A stretch of 64,000 nt of DNA from Octopus sinensis (Eukaryota). Of the stretch, positions 52,301 to 60,320 are shown piece by piece; within the stretch, counting starts at the first letter, position 1; every line of letters begins with the position of its first letter. Made by a program: the position numbers and the translations under genes. The DNA is taken from NCBI RefSeq assembly GCF_006345805.1, contig NC_043006.1, positions 36,580,001 to 36,644,000 on the forward strand, read 5' to 3'. Below the pieces are notes generated by a model. That model was not told where the DNA came from. It worked only from the letters and a program-made list of their open reading frames with translations, and did not search any database.

Positions 52301-55202
52301 TTGATAATGTAGTTCCTGTAATACAAAAAGACAAACTGGTCGTGGCTGAAATGCTTTTGATGGTAGGGACTATTGTATCAGATGTCCCCTGGAGCTAAAC
52401 AACAACTCTCTCCACCTTTCACAACCTCATATCTGCTTGTTTCATTATGGTTTTGGAGTTATTTCTTAACTTTGTTGCTCACTCTTCATTATTGCTCACA
52501 ATGATAATTCATGTCTGTTATTTCTATTTTCTATCAGGGCTGAGAAACTCTTTGGTAAGAAAAAGAAGAAACGCACATCCAGTGAAGAGGAAAGTGACAT
52601 CGGTGAGTTGCCCCCGCCACCGATCATTATCATGTCTCCTGAGAGTGCTAAGCCACCTGAGAGGGGCATTCTAAAGCACTCCCGTCGCCTAGACAGCCGG
52701 CACCCACCTACAGACTACAGCACCTACGTCCGTACAACTGGTTACACTTGCGGAGAAGATGACGCCGATGATGTGGAAGGGCGGGAGGTGCAGGAGATCT
52801 TGGGTGAAGACGAGGAATCCCAAGTTGCTGCCCAGCATCATCACCACCACCACCACCACCACAACAGCAAAGAGGCGGTTGGTTCCGACCCTTCCAGTCG
52901 CCTGCTTGACCTTGCCAGCTTCCGTTTGAACCTTCCCCCACCGCCAAGCGAGCCGCCTGATAACAGTCCCCTCTCACCATTCTCACACTGGCAGGTCCAT
53001 GACCCTTACCGCTACAAGACCAGTAGCCTAAACAGCCGTGGTTCACCTCGTTCAAAGATCATACGCATAAAAAATATTGATGAACTGATGCGTGAAATTG
53101 ACCGCCAAACCATTGATTTGTCCCCGTCTCCTGAGACTCCTCACCTACCGCTCATCTCGCCGGTCAACTCCATCATCAGTAGCGAGAATAGTTCTGGTAG
53201 CCATTGCCAAAACCATGACATGTCCTGTTTGTTGAACAATCTGAAACTAAAGGACATGTCAAAGGGTTTCACAGAGCAGTCCATCCAGGTAAATATCCAC
53301 ATAAACCACACATTTTTGCTTTATTTCTTTAGGACATTATTGTAGTTGATGTTTAGCCTAATCAATAAATCTTCCAGGCATAACCACCACCTCTTTTTAG
53401 GGCTATCTAGGATTATGTTCATTGTCTAATGGGTGTTCCTCTTAATTTTTTTTTTATGATGACAAGTCGAGTGATCAGAAAGAAGCTCTCTTCACTGAGG
53501 TGATTGTCTATGATATGCTTCTAGTCTCTCGCTATACATATATTTATATATCATGTCTCTGTAATATATAGGGATACTGTAATGATGTCTGTTGATATTA
53601 TTAAAGTGTGACACGAGAACTTAGTGGTGTAACAATGTACATTGCAGTGTATATTTCTTACATCCTTCTATGTTCTAAGTTCAAATTCCATCAAGGTGAA
53701 CTTTTGTCACATGCACACACCCCACCCCCACTGCCATCCAGTTGTATTCTGGTTTCATTCAATCAACATCACTCCCTTTACAATGTTTTTGTGTTAATGT
53801 AAGAGAAAACATTATTGATACAAATTGGTAGTGGAAATTATTATTATCTGTTTTTTGTCTATGTACATAGCTATTGATAACCATAAAGGCAGATAGATAT
53901 CAGCCTGTCCATCAATCAATCAATTTGATATGTCTACTTACCAGAATATTTCTCTGATTTGAATGTGTATAGTTGTGTATATATACGAACACACATACAC
54001 AAAGTATCTACCTCCTCACCATCATCATCATTTAACCTCAGTTTTCCATGCTGACATGGGTTGGATGGTTTGACTTAGGTCTGGAAAGCCAGCGGCTGCA
54101 CCAGGTTCCAATCTGATCTGGCAATGTTTCTACAGCTGGATGCCCTTCCTAACACCAAACCACTCCAAGAGTGTAGTAGGTACTTTTTATGTGCCACCAG
54201 CACAGGAGCCAGTCAGGTGGATCTGGCATCGATCATATTTGGATAGGAGTCAGTTAGGGGGTTAGTATATACACTACTCTTATTACTTTCGTCCCAATTT
54301 CTGTCTCCTTACATATTTCTACATTAACTTTTTTTTTCCCATCTTTGTTTCAGGTGGACAGTGAGTGTGACTGTTCCCTATTGAAGGACAGTGTTTCCAA
54401 TGAATCGGAACTCTGCGACATCCTACCAATGAGCCCCACCAAAATAAACAGCATTCTGCATTACACACACTCAGTGCCGGTCGCTGATGGTGACTTTTCA
54501 TCGACCTGTGGCACCGTCAACTCCCGCGGCTTTGATAAAAGCTCCGGCTACGAGAGCGAGCGTGATGGGGAGCGTTCTAGTATTGAGGACGGCCCACGAT
54601 CACGGTCGAGATCCCACTCTCGTTCTCAGTCCGGATCACCTCCTTGCTATAGTTCTGTCATACGAACAGGTCCAAATCAGATACGGCTGGTTCCAGCCAA
54701 TCAGAACCAGAAACCTATGGATGACACAAGCATTGGAGGTATCAGCAGCTGTGGCGGAGCAGGTGAAGAGCAACTGCAGAAAATCCTTGATGGGTTGCCA
54801 CGAATTGAAGCCAGCACTTATGAACGCAGCCCCATCTGCACAGGATGTAGCATACCTGGCAGCTTGTCACCGGTAGGGAGCGGATCCATACCAAGCCCAC
54901 GGCCTTTAGGCAAGAAGTGTGAGGACAGCTGCGGCCCCTGCATCGATCGCAGTTTGGAAGAGATCTCACAGAACTTCAACAGTGAAAGCCCTAAACTGAC
55001 ACCACCAAACAGCAAAGTAAAACCAAAGCTGAACACATCCCTCAGCTTCCGAAATCGTCGACCAGTTAGCCTGGGCGTAATGCAACGGACATTGCAGGCA
55101 ACGGCAAACTACCAGCAAGCTATGGAGCGCAGTAGGGAAGCTATGGTTGCTGCTGACTCAGGTAGTGCACGCCCGTATCCCTCTATGGAGGAAAAAGCTT
55201 AA
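1690..55202 (+). CDS. mmd: Multi-exon gene, 5'-incomplete: non-catalytic ADAM (mind-meld/UNC-71-like; ADAM11/22/23-like), 23 coding exons, 1241 aa within the window
   Basis: 23 exons with polypyrimidine-AG and GT ends and matching phases join into a 3726-nt open frame ending in TAA at 55200-55202. Domain order is pro, reprolysin, disintegrin, Cys-rich, EGF, TM, tail. The mmd assignment rests on recalled motifs (HMIGH, PPPPII..PERGILK), not a database search. Signal peptide exons must lie upstream. Confidence 0.9.
2986..3340 (-). mobile_element. tRNA-derived SINE family A with internal microsatellite
   Basis: Head ggcatggctgtgtggttaggaaacttgc; body homologous to 5176-5520. Confidence 0.65.
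3962..4025 (+). CDS. mmd: ADAM exon 2, prodomain ([22 protein letters not shown])
   Basis: ctacag / gtatg; phase 2 to 0. Confidence 0.9.
5176..5520 (-). mobile_element. tRNA-derived SINE family A
   Basis: Reverse-complement head gtgtggtaaatagcttgcttaccaaccacatagttccaggttcagtcc (A/B boxes). Confidence 0.75.
6120..6357. repeat. Compound (TA)n/(TG)n/(TATG)n microsatellite, left flank of the LINE
   Basis: Direct reading. Confidence 0.9.
6358..7346 (+). CDS. RTE AP-endonuclease part (no start codon; upstream part of ORF 6140 is only microsatellite)
   Basis: ORF 6140..7378 from RVSHRP onward; the element's frame shifts at about 7346. Confidence 0.85.
7347..9404 (+). CDS. RTE reverse transcriptase part with internal PHD-like Cys/His finger
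   Basis: ORF 7332..9404 with no internal stops; C4HC3 at 8619-8750. Confidence 0.92.
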   Translation, partial: WWNNIVDRAIREKRQAWKVWKNGGSRELYQTAKREARRQVYLARGEADKKKFANVLRREDQRLEVFRVARQCVRENRDVVGEKCVRMEDGSLALNEDAKREVWRCHYERLLNEENEWDKESLPNVDPTEGPAIRVDSSVVAKAIRSMKTGKAPGPSGITAEMLKMSGSVGYSLVTHIVNQVIHKGVIPNDWCSSIIVNCYKGKGDALDTNNYRGIKLLDQVMKVTERVIAQLIRERVSLDEMQFGFVPGKSTTDAIFLVRQLQEKYLAKDKPLYLAFVDMEKAFDRVPRSLIWWAMRKLGIDEWLVRAVRAMYRDAASRVRVGDEYSEEFRVEVGVHQGSVLSPLLFIIVLQAITEEFKTGCPWELLYADDLALIAESLSELEEKFQVWKQGLESKGLRVNLAKTKVVISRKVDKSQTPSGRWPCSICRKGVGRNSIRCTKCKLWTHKRCSNVKGRLTRKMVFVCGRCSGTINTENALRPTSVTFQGEKLEIVDSFRYLGDQVSSGGGCAESVTARVRIAWAKFRELLPLLVTKGLSHRVKGRLYDACVRTAMLHGSETWAVTAEDMRKLARNEASMLRWMCNAGTHTRQSVSTLREKLDLRSISCGVQERRLRWYGHVARMDEDSCVKKCHTLAVEGTCGRGRPRKTWDEVVKHDLRTLGLTEEMTRDRDLWKCAVREKTRQDK
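10010..10190. repeat. Compound (TA)n/(TG)n/(CA)n microsatellite, right flank of the LINE
   Basis: Direct reading. Confidence 0.9.
11230..11289. repeat. 31-bp-period tandem duplication
   Basis: gacaatatttcatagagtattgcaaatga at 11230 and 11261. Confidence 0.9.
12002..12056 (+). CDS. mmd: ADAM exon 3, prodomain ([19 protein letters not shown])
   Basis: tttttcag / gtatgt; phase 0 to 1; the only candidate found that bridges the flanking phases; HPH.V and Cys-switch-like CG. Confidence 0.85.
12264..12446. mobile_element. pogo/Tigger-like MITE
   Basis: Imperfect TIRs taccatatatacttatgcataagtc / gacttatatacaagtagacatta; similar to 26012-26183. Confidence 0.55.
12660..12920 (-). mobile_element. tRNA-derived SINE family A
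   Basis: Same head and body. Confidence 0.6.
14137..14700. repeat. Long compound (TA)n/(CATA)n microsatellite with a higher-order duplication
   Basis: atatacacattcatataaatatacacatacatacatatgcatatat occurs twice, about 97 bp apart. Confidence 0.92.
16415..16560. repeat. (TG)n/(TA)n microsatellite
   Basis: Direct reading. Confidence 0.85.
16563..17170 (-). mobile_element. Element carrying the RTE-type 3' tail and an upstream pyrimidine-rich body
   Basis: Tail homologous to 9860-10000; body similar to 1861-2150 and about 11385-11640. Confidence 0.55.
18480..18960 (+). mobile_element. Old degenerate RTE/BovB-like RT fragment
   Basis: [14 protein letters not shown]...GKIFARIL...[14 protein letters not shown]...IPPKFL, with frameshifts. 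Confidence 0.75.
19411..19496 (+). CDS. mmd: ADAM exon 4, end of prodomain ([28 protein letters not shown])
   Basis: ttttcataag / gtaa; open only in phase 1; ends in phase 0. Confidence 0.8.
20168..20227 (+). CDS. mmd: ADAM exon 5, start of reprolysin domain ([20 protein letters not shown])
   Basis: long T tract, ctacag / gtaagt; phase 0 to 0. Confidence 0.85.
20836..21225 (+). mobile_element. SINE family A variant with RTE-like 3' tail
   Basis: gggttcagtcc B box; ends gcaagcatggaaaagtagatgttaaa, like the RTE LINE end. Confidence 0.7.
21816..21887 (+). CDS. mmd: ADAM exon 6 ([24 protein letters not shown])
   Basis: ttttcag / gtaagt; phase 0 to 0. Confidence 0.85.
22660..22954 (-). mobile_element. 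Bipartite RTE-derived non-autonomous retroelement (5' UTR joined to 3' end)
   Basis: Minus strand starts accaccacaagttcatatccttgttgcagtgtggtggcttgtgtgcctcaatgatc (resembles recalled BovB/RTE 5' UTRs) and ends ggcttgtgctccatagagaatgaagagcttcag (RTE-like 3' end); similar to 37255-37617. Confidence 0.55.
23439..23608 (+). CDS. mmd: ADAM exon 7 ([23 protein letters not shown]...LVHLVT)
   Basis: cttacag / gtaagt; reprolysin-like LVYMELW; phase 0 to 2. Confidence 0.92.
23873..23954 (+). CDS. mmd: ADAM exon 8 ([27 protein letters not shown])
   Basis: tatgcag / gtatgt; phase 2 to 0; G....S.C...A.GV pattern. Confidence 0.9.
24215..24325 (+). mobile_element. SINE family B, 5' part
   Basis: caaaatgcttagc...ctgagttcaaattctgcc...gcctttcatcc. 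Confidence 0.6.
24331..24601 (+). mobile_element. Tc1/mariner 5' end (TIR-like start plus first transposase codons)
   Basis: catggtctgatcaataagtatctggactg TIR-like start; [26 protein letters not shown]. Confidence 0.7.
24602..25106 (-). mobile_element. Mariner transposase N-terminal fragment, inverted relative to the adjacent copy
   Basis: ORF 24591..24773: ISYGSVQS...[16 protein letters not shown]; 5' UTR homologous to 24428-24535. Confidence 0.8.
25655..25830 (-). mobile_element. SINE family B
   Basis: taggcacaaggcctgaaattt...gaccccagtacgcaactggtactt. Confidence 0.7.
26012..26183. mobile_element. pogo/Tigger-like MITE, same family
   Basis: Imperfect TIRs and internal similarity to 12264-12446. 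Confidence 0.55.
26285..26372 (+). CDS. mmd: ADAM exon 9, zinc-motif exon ([29 protein letters not shown])
   Basis: ttttcag / gtaag; H-M-x-G-H-x-x-G-x-x-H-D at 26330-26365; phase 0 to 1. Confidence 0.95.
27283..27289 (+). promoter_or_regulatory. Consensus branch point TACTAAC upstream of the candidate microexon
   Basis: Exact TACTAAC followed by a U/C-rich tract; a second CTAAC at about 27274-27278. Confidence 0.4.
27351..27377 (+). CDS. Candidate alternative microexon (27 nt; [10 protein letters not shown])
   Basis: TACTAAC, long pyrimidine tract, aacag acceptor, gaag|gtagtt donor; phase 1 to 1, no stop; no transcript evidence. Confidence 0.45.
30668..30719 (+). CDS. mmd: ADAM exon 10, Met-turn ([17 protein letters not shown])
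   Basis: tctttag / gtacgt; C.C...GC.M motif; phase 1 to 2. Confidence 0.92.
31995..32250 (+). mobile_element. tRNA-derived SINE family D
   Basis: agtggttaggg head; cttgagcaa core; atggaccagcatcctgtccaagg; similar to 44490-44705. Confidence 0.6.
32444..32549 (+). CDS. mmd: ADAM exon 11 ([35 protein letters not shown])
   Basis: ctttcag / gtatga; FS.CS...C end of the metalloprotease domain; phase 2 to 0. Confidence 0.92.
34103..34174 (+). CDS. mmd: ADAM exon 12, disintegrin start ([24 protein letters not shown])
   Basis: poly-T ag / gtatgg; CGN...E.GEECDCG. Confidence 0.96.
34855..34995 (+). mobile_element. SINE family B, well preserved
   Basis: gttctgagttcaaattctaccgaggtcgac...ccttgtgcctagagcagaaaagg. 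Confidence 0.75.
35336..35431 (+). CDS. mmd: ADAM exon 13, disintegrin ([32 protein letters not shown])
   Basis: tttcag / gtaagt; Cys pattern. Confidence 0.95.
35795..35965 (-). mobile_element. Short 3' end of a second R4/Dong-type family
   Basis: Minus strand reads [22 protein letters not shown], then 3' UTR and (TAA)n; (ATT)n on both flanks. Confidence 0.7.
35990..36265 (-). mobile_element. 3' fragment of a third R4/Dong-type family
   Basis: Minus strand reads [22 protein letters not shown]...NL*KSVIL...ILEI*; ends at the (ATT)n at 35966-35987. Confidence 0.7.
36288..36520 (+). mobile_element. tRNA-derived SINE family A, well preserved
   Basis: ggcacaggaatggctgtgtggtaagtagcttgcttacaaaccacatggttccgggttcagtcccactgc. 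Confidence 0.8.
36973..37053 (+). CDS. mmd: ADAM exon 14, disintegrin loop ([27 protein letters not shown])
   Basis: ttttcag / gtaagt; CR.....ECD.PEYC. Confidence 0.96.
37255..37617 (-). mobile_element. Second copy of the bipartite RTE-derived element
   Basis: Shares 5' accaccacaagtt...cttgttgtggtgtg and 3' ggcctatactccacagggaatgaagggcttaagtaagc. Confidence 0.55.
37726..37840 (+). CDS. mmd: ADAM exon 15 ([38 protein letters not shown])
   Basis: ctgtag / gtaagt; disintegrin to Cys-rich junction; phase 0 to 1. Confidence 0.96.
37975..38194. mobile_element. piggyBac-type MITE (220 bp)
   Basis: TTAA at 37971-37974 and 38195-38198; TIRs CCCTTTCGTTAC / GTAACGAAAGAG. Confidence 0.85.
38525..38753 (+). 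mobile_element. Mariner transposase C-terminal fragment with 3' TIR-like end
   Basis: [35 protein letters not shown]. Confidence 0.7.
38770..38990 (-). mobile_element. SINE family B
   Basis: Full-length-like copy preceded by its (TAA)n tail. Confidence 0.75.
39831..39942 (+). CDS. mmd: ADAM exon 16, Cys-rich ([37 protein letters not shown])
   Basis: tttcag / gtgagc; phase 1 to 2. Confidence 0.94.
40165..40281 (+). CDS. mmd: ADAM exon 17, Cys-rich ([12 protein letters not shown]...MQFECK)
   Basis: ctgcag / gtaagt; CG.L.C motif; phase 2 to 2. Confidence 0.94.
40550..40830 (+). mobile_element. tRNA-derived SINE, family D-related
   Basis: cttagtggttagg head; gtccttgagcaaggcactt core; inverted relative at about 59565-59760. 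Confidence 0.6.
40950..41160 (-). mobile_element. SINE family B
   Basis: Full-length-like copy. Confidence 0.75.
42695..42870 (-). mobile_element. RTE-type 3' tail fragment
   Basis: ccatgctggcatgggttggatgg...gcccttcctaa, reverse complement of the LINE tail. Confidence 0.7.
44490..44705 (-). mobile_element. tRNA-derived SINE family D
   Basis: Reverse-complement homology to 31995-32250. Confidence 0.6.
46790..46961 (+). CDS. mmd: ADAM exon 18 ([33 protein letters not shown]...PCSGNG)
   Basis: atttcag / gtaagt; LV.DG.KCG....C and start of EGF; phase 2 to 0. Confidence 0.96.
48186..48384 (+). CDS. mmd: ADAM exon 19, EGF-like end plus Ser/Thr-rich stalk ([21 protein letters not shown]...AVIK)
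   Basis: ttccag / gtaagt; C.C..GW.G..C; phase 0 to 1. Confidence 0.93.
48958..49168 (+). mobile_element. Non-coding element ending in (TAA)n, probably a 3' UTR remnant of a (TAA)n-targeting retroelement
   Basis: Sequence bracketed by ATAATAATAA and (AAT)n, abutting a minus-strand SINE; no coding evidence. Confidence 0.4.
49170..49390 (-). mobile_element. SINE family B
   Basis: Same motif set. Confidence 0.65.
49628..49727 (+). CDS. mmd: ADAM exon 20, transmembrane ([33 protein letters not shown])
   Basis: poly-T ag / gtaatt; hydrophobic helix of about 24 aa; phase 1 to 2. Confidence 0.94.
50351..50494 (+). CDS. mmd: ADAM exon 21, juxtamembrane tail ([12 protein letters not shown]...[12 protein letters not shown])
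   Basis: gtttag / gtaatt; basic stop-transfer residues; phase 2 to 2; internal alternative donor after 50382. Confidence 0.85.
51113..51548 (+). mobile_element. SINE family A variant with RTE-like 3' tail
   Basis: Head, microsatellite, then gcaagcatggaaaagc..gttaaaatgaagatgatga. Confidence 0.65.
52538..53288 (+). CDS. mmd: ADAM exon 22, cytoplasmic tail ([11 protein letters not shown]...ELPPPPIII...PERGILK...H9...GFTEQSIQ)
   Basis: ctatcag / gtaaat; GC-rich open frame matching ORF 52608..53345; phase 2 to 0. Confidence 0.9.
54030..54240 (-). mobile_element. RTE-type 3' tail fragment
   Basis: catcatcatttaacc..ccatgctgacatgggttggatgg...ggatgcccttcctaac. Confidence 0.7.
54354..55202 (+). CDS. 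mmd: ADAM last coding exon (VDSECDC...YPSMEEKA*)
   Basis: gtttcag acceptor; in frame with ORF 54345..55202; TAA stop. Confidence 0.9.
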   Translation: MDSECDCSLLKDSVSNESELCDILPMSPTKINSILHYTHSVPVADGDFSSTCGTVNSRGFDKSSGYESERDGERSSIEDGPRSRSRSHSRSQSGSPPCYSSVIRTGPNQIRLVPANQNQKPMDDTSIGGISSCGGAGEEQLQKILDGLPRIEASTYERSPICTGCSIPGSLSPVGSGSIPSPRPLGKKCEDSCGPCIDRSLEEISQNFNSESPKLTPPNSKVKPKLNTSLSFRNRRPVSLGVMQRTLQATANYQQAMERSREAMVAADSGSARPYPSMEEKA

Positions 55203-55259
55203 ACAATAATATTTACACTTGGTAATAATAATATATAAGAGTTACTTATAGGCACAAGA

Positions 55260-55543
55260 AATAAAATTACCAATAATATTGAACAGAGATATAAAAACCA
55301 GGGCACACACACACATAGCTTAGAAAAATTGAATCAATCAACAGTTAAACATACACTGAACGCACATATACACATACCTTAACTGGAAAATCTCAACAAC
55401 AAATGACAAGCCTAGTCTACTTGAATCTATTGCTGGGGGTTGGCCAACTAACATCTATTAGCAAAGTATCTCAAGTGAGCTTTTTTTTTTTTTTGCTTTT
55501 TTTCATCACTTGGATAAATAATTAATTCAATAAACCAAATAAA
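55260..55543 (+). promoter_or_regulatory. Candidate poly(A) signals (AATAAA at 55260, 55529, 55538)
   Basis: Hexamers downstream of the stop; they are common by chance in AT-rich DNA, so the true 3' end is unknown. Confidence 0.25.
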
Positions 55544-56394
55544 AATAATGATAAGAGCTTAAAAATACCGACAAAATACTAAAGTAAAAGATTATGATAA
55601 AGAAGCCAAGCCAAAGAGTATCTTTGTGATGTAAAATCTCTTTGTCATGCCACCATCAAATGATTCGGCAATGAACCACAAATTGAAATCAAAAAAAAAA
55701 AAAAAAATTTATTTTATATTTTGTAAAATTCCTTTTTTTTAAAAAAAATTTTTTTTCATATTTTGTATATTATATATATATTTTTTAATTTTGTTTCATT
55801 TTAATTTCGTGTTTTCTTGTTTTATTTGCATTTAAAAAGAATTCTTGTATTCTTTAATATCTGTTGTCATGTAACTGTTTCTCTTTCTCTCTATCCCCCT
55901 CTCATACACAATGCATAGTACATACATACACACACACACATATATATAAACATGTACACACAGCTCATGTACATACATATATAAACAATTATTCACATGT
56001 AGTTATGTGTGTGAGGTGGATGACTTTGAAATCTTGATTACCATTTAAATTTAATCACTTGTCATCCATCAGGATATTGAGAACTGTCAGTAATTCAGTG
56101 CCCAGTTTTATCCTGACATATATCAATATATAAGAAGTAGTTGTTGAAGTTATAACAGTACAGACAGCAACACACTGAGCAAGAGAGAAACTCTTTTTTA
56201 CACAATTTTAAATCCTGATCCTTGATTTTGGCCCTAGTCTTAAATCTGTCCCATATTGCTACACTGTATGAATATCCAGAAATAAGTGTATAATTTAGAA
56301 AAAGAGAAAGCGGGGATGTTAGCATATATCTCTATTTCCATCAAAGAGAATTTGGAATCTGACTGAAAGCTATATGTATATATGTAAACGCACC

Positions 56395-56600
56395 CTGGCG
56401 TCACACAAATGGCCCCCATGCCGGTGGCACATAAAAGCACCCATTACACTCTCGGAGTGGTTGGTGTTAGGAAGGGCATCCAGCCATAGAAACCATACCA
56501 AATTAGGCTGGGGTCTGGTGCAGCCTTCCAGCTTGCCAGCTTGGTCAAACTGTCCAACCCATGCCAGCATGGATAACGGACATTAAATGATGATGAGGAT
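56395..56600 (+). mobile_element. RTE-type 3' tail fragment downstream of the ADAM stop
   Basis: gccggtggcacataaaagcaccc...ggaagggcatccagcc...cccatgccagcatgg...aaatgatgatga. Confidence 0.75.
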
Positions 56601-59600
56601 GGTACCCTTCTCTTTGTTCTTCAGTTTTTCTCTACTTTTGTTTCCCTTCCCAAACCTTAATAGAAAGCTGAAACTTTCCCTCTCCAAATATTTCAAGATC
56701 ACAAATGAAAAATTGTGTCAGCATATTATATATGTAACATATAGTAGTAAATTAAAGTAGGTTTCATTGTGAGGTGGGGGGCTTAAATAAAGAACTCAAT
56801 ACCAAATTACAACATAGGAGATTTTAATATATTTATTACAAATAAATATGTTGGATATTGACTCAAGTTTCATCTTTTGTTTCAATTAATCACGATGTAC
56901 ATACACACATACATTATATATATATATAAATACAGAGTAAAAATTATTACAGAATATAATTTTTACCAGTGGTCCTCACGTGTAATAGAAGTCAGAAGAC
57001 ATAAATATTCCTCTATAATAGAGTATAAAAAATTATACGCAGAGAGGAGACCACCATGTGGACTCTTAACATGATGAAAAGGGCAGTCAAAACCCAAACC
57101 ACGAAAATGAAGATCCTTCTTTAAGGCACATTGCTTGTAAGCAAGCAGGATAGCTAAATGAATAAAAGTCTCAGTTAACCCTATACCTATGAGTTTCACC
57201 ATTAATGATCAAATAAATCAATTAATTGACTCTCTCTCTCACTATATATATATAATATTATATTAGGTTATTTTATATATATATAAATCATACTAACTAG
57301 CATACAACTTGATTAGTTTTACTAGCAGAGAAGTGACAGTAACTTTTGGCCTGTTGACCTTCATCGAGTATAGATTTGTGTGTGCATAGGAGTTAATCCC
57401 AACAGAATTACCTCCATTCATGCCAAAAGAACTTTTAATATAACCGATTCCAAAGACTTACTCATGTTACTCTAGGAATAACTGAAACCAGTAAACGGAT
57501 ATATACATCTGATTATTTCATATACGTTGTCCTATCAGGCATTATTTTACATTTTCAGTGGTTGGTCATGAATAATCAGATGTATTTCCAATTTACATTT
57601 CTTCAAGCACCATTATGATCCTTAAAAACCTATTCATTTTTAGATAGCAAACTCTCAGCATCAAATGGTCACATCAGCTGAATATCCACACATAACCACA
57701 TTCTCTCCTTTACCTTTCTTTCTTACACACACACACACAAAGATACACTCACATGAATGCAGTAATAATATAATATAATGAAATTATTGTATAGTGCTCA
57801 GGTGCACCATAACTTGTCAGAAAGTGCTTATAGAGTATATGCAGTAATGTACAAATGTCTGGAAAGCGAACACTGTATGAGTCAGATACATGCTTGTGTG
57901 TGTATGGAGGGGAGAAAATCAGGTGTAGTGTTGGTGAATCTCAGAAAGCATGGAAGTTTTGAAGGATGCAGTGCTCCGACAACTACTCAATATTCCTATC
58001 CACATGCAAGTAATTAATAATTAGCTAGTTAATCTCCATACTAAAACTTAAATTTTAACAGAAGGGTTTAAAGGGACAGGAAATGAAGTTACACATAGTA
58101 TTTTTCTTAAGGCTGTGGGGACGAAGTTAACACTTTCTTAGCCTATCTCTTAATAATTTCACTTTATACATTCAATTTGCTAATGAAATGCAATCGCAAA
58201 GTTTCTCCGTTGCTCACTGCTGTAACCTTCAACATCATTATCCTTAGGTCTACCCAACCATCAGGTACAATTATCCTTACTAAGAAAGCACAGAAATGTT
58301 AACATATAACCCACTTTGTACAACTGTTGAGCTGACCATTACCTTTGTTTAAGCAAACAGGATGTTCTCTGTATATTGATTTCTCTCTCACACACACGCA
58401 CACACAGTAAGTATTCATATATATGTGTGTATATCTAGTAATGCCTTTGTCAGCTGAGTATTTGAGTATTTACACTAGGAAAGTTCCAAGTGTAAGGCTG
58501 AGTATATATATATATATGTGTGTGTTTATGTATGTATATATATATATATACACACACACAAACTCATGCATATATTCTTATATGCAAATATGTATACATG
58601 TACATATGTAATGCCTATAAAGTGTGTGTACTCATTTGCTTATAATTTTTATGTCTACGAGCATATACCTGTGTGATCCTATGCATATAGACACCAGACA
58701 CATAATCAAACATCTTGATTACAACAATATCTGGACATGTTCAGAAGATTTGCCCTGGCAACAGTTGTACCATTCTCCACTCTCCTATCATCTATTTAAA
58801 TTTTATTTCTTTCCCTTTTTTTTTCTTTGTTTTCTAATGTTTCATTTTTTTCAACTCAAATCCTTTTTTTTTTTTTGGCATGTTGATTTCTTTTTTTTCA
58901 CCCTCCTGTGTGGGTGGAGAATAATTCTTGCTGTTTTGTATATGTCCTGCCTGATAAGTCACCAAACAATACTGCTGAAGTGCCTAATTCTTACCTCAAA
59001 TTATCTATTGGCCACTTCACTTGGATATTATTGTTGTTGTTGTTGTTGTTGTAAGGGCAGTGGATTGGCAGAATTATTAGAGTATTGGACAAAATGCCTT
59101 GTGGTATTTCTAAAGCTCTTTACATTCTCATTTCAAATCCCATCAAGGTCAACTTTTGCCTTCCAGCCTTTCTGGACCAGTAAAAATCAACTCGCCCTAC
59201 CCCTCAAAATTGCTGGTCGTTCCCTAATTGGAGACATTAATTATTATGACATTTCATTTTTATGTTTATTTTTTTCGTTTGTATTTCCCATTATGTTTAA
59301 AAAAAGAAACTTTTGTTGCTTCTTTTTTTTTTTTTACTTTTCCTACCAAAGACACAAGACAAAACCTACCCCAATACTTTTCTTTCATATATTGTAATCT
59401 CATCATCATCATTTTCATTACCTCCACCACCATTTATGTCTCCCATTACACCTCCCACTTATACAGTTCCTTTATTACAGTTTGTTTCCTTTGTATGTGT
59501 GATTTCCTCTAGAATTATATTACTATACATGAGTATATTTCCATGCCTATTCTTTGACACACACACACACACACTGGGTGGATCTCTGTTTGAAGATGAG

Positions 59601-60280
59601 GATTCAGTTGTTTGGCAAACAGAATTACCTCCTCCTGAATTAATGTGTTGGTGGCTGAGTATTCCACAGACACCATCGTAACCTTAATGTAATTCTCAGG
59701 TAGAGTCAGCATGCTAGTGTGTGACAAGGCCCTACCTTTCAAATTACGGTTACAGTCCAGTTGACAGATTCTTCAGTTTCCTGCTGCCCATTTCTATTCA
59801 CACAGGGTATGGCTCAACCCAAGACTACATACACACACACGTCTATGGTAAAAGGCATACATATGCCTAGATACTATATGCATACACCTATTCTTAAACA
59901 TATACCACAGCCAACATCTATCCCTACTTCTATAGATAGAAAACCTCAACTATCTTCTTCATATTTATCTGTACACACAAACACACACAGTTGACTGTAA
60001 GTCTTGTCAGAAATAAAACAAAAATATTCAAATGTATAGTAGGGGAAAATATTTATGAAATTAGGGTTATCTGCACTGTTTGAACAGCAATAGAGATCAA
60101 TCGTTAGGATTTGAAAAGGTGATGTCAGCTCTCATCTACAAAAGGCAGTGACATTTGCTGTAGTTAAATAGTTCTTCTTCACTAAGAAACAAAGTCATGG
60201 ACTGGTAGACAACTAGTAGTACTATAATTTGTGTGTGTGTGTAATATAACCATTTCACCCATTTACATAGTTGCCCCACT

Positions 60281-60320
<40 letters not shown>

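Noticed and set aside
57065-57180. ATGATGA as a snoRNA C box
   Set aside because: No suitably placed CTGA D box or terminal stem.
58624-59397. 257-aa Phe/Cys-rich ORF after the gene
   Set aside because: Built from T runs, (TGT)n and a SINE fragment; no domain or splice logic.
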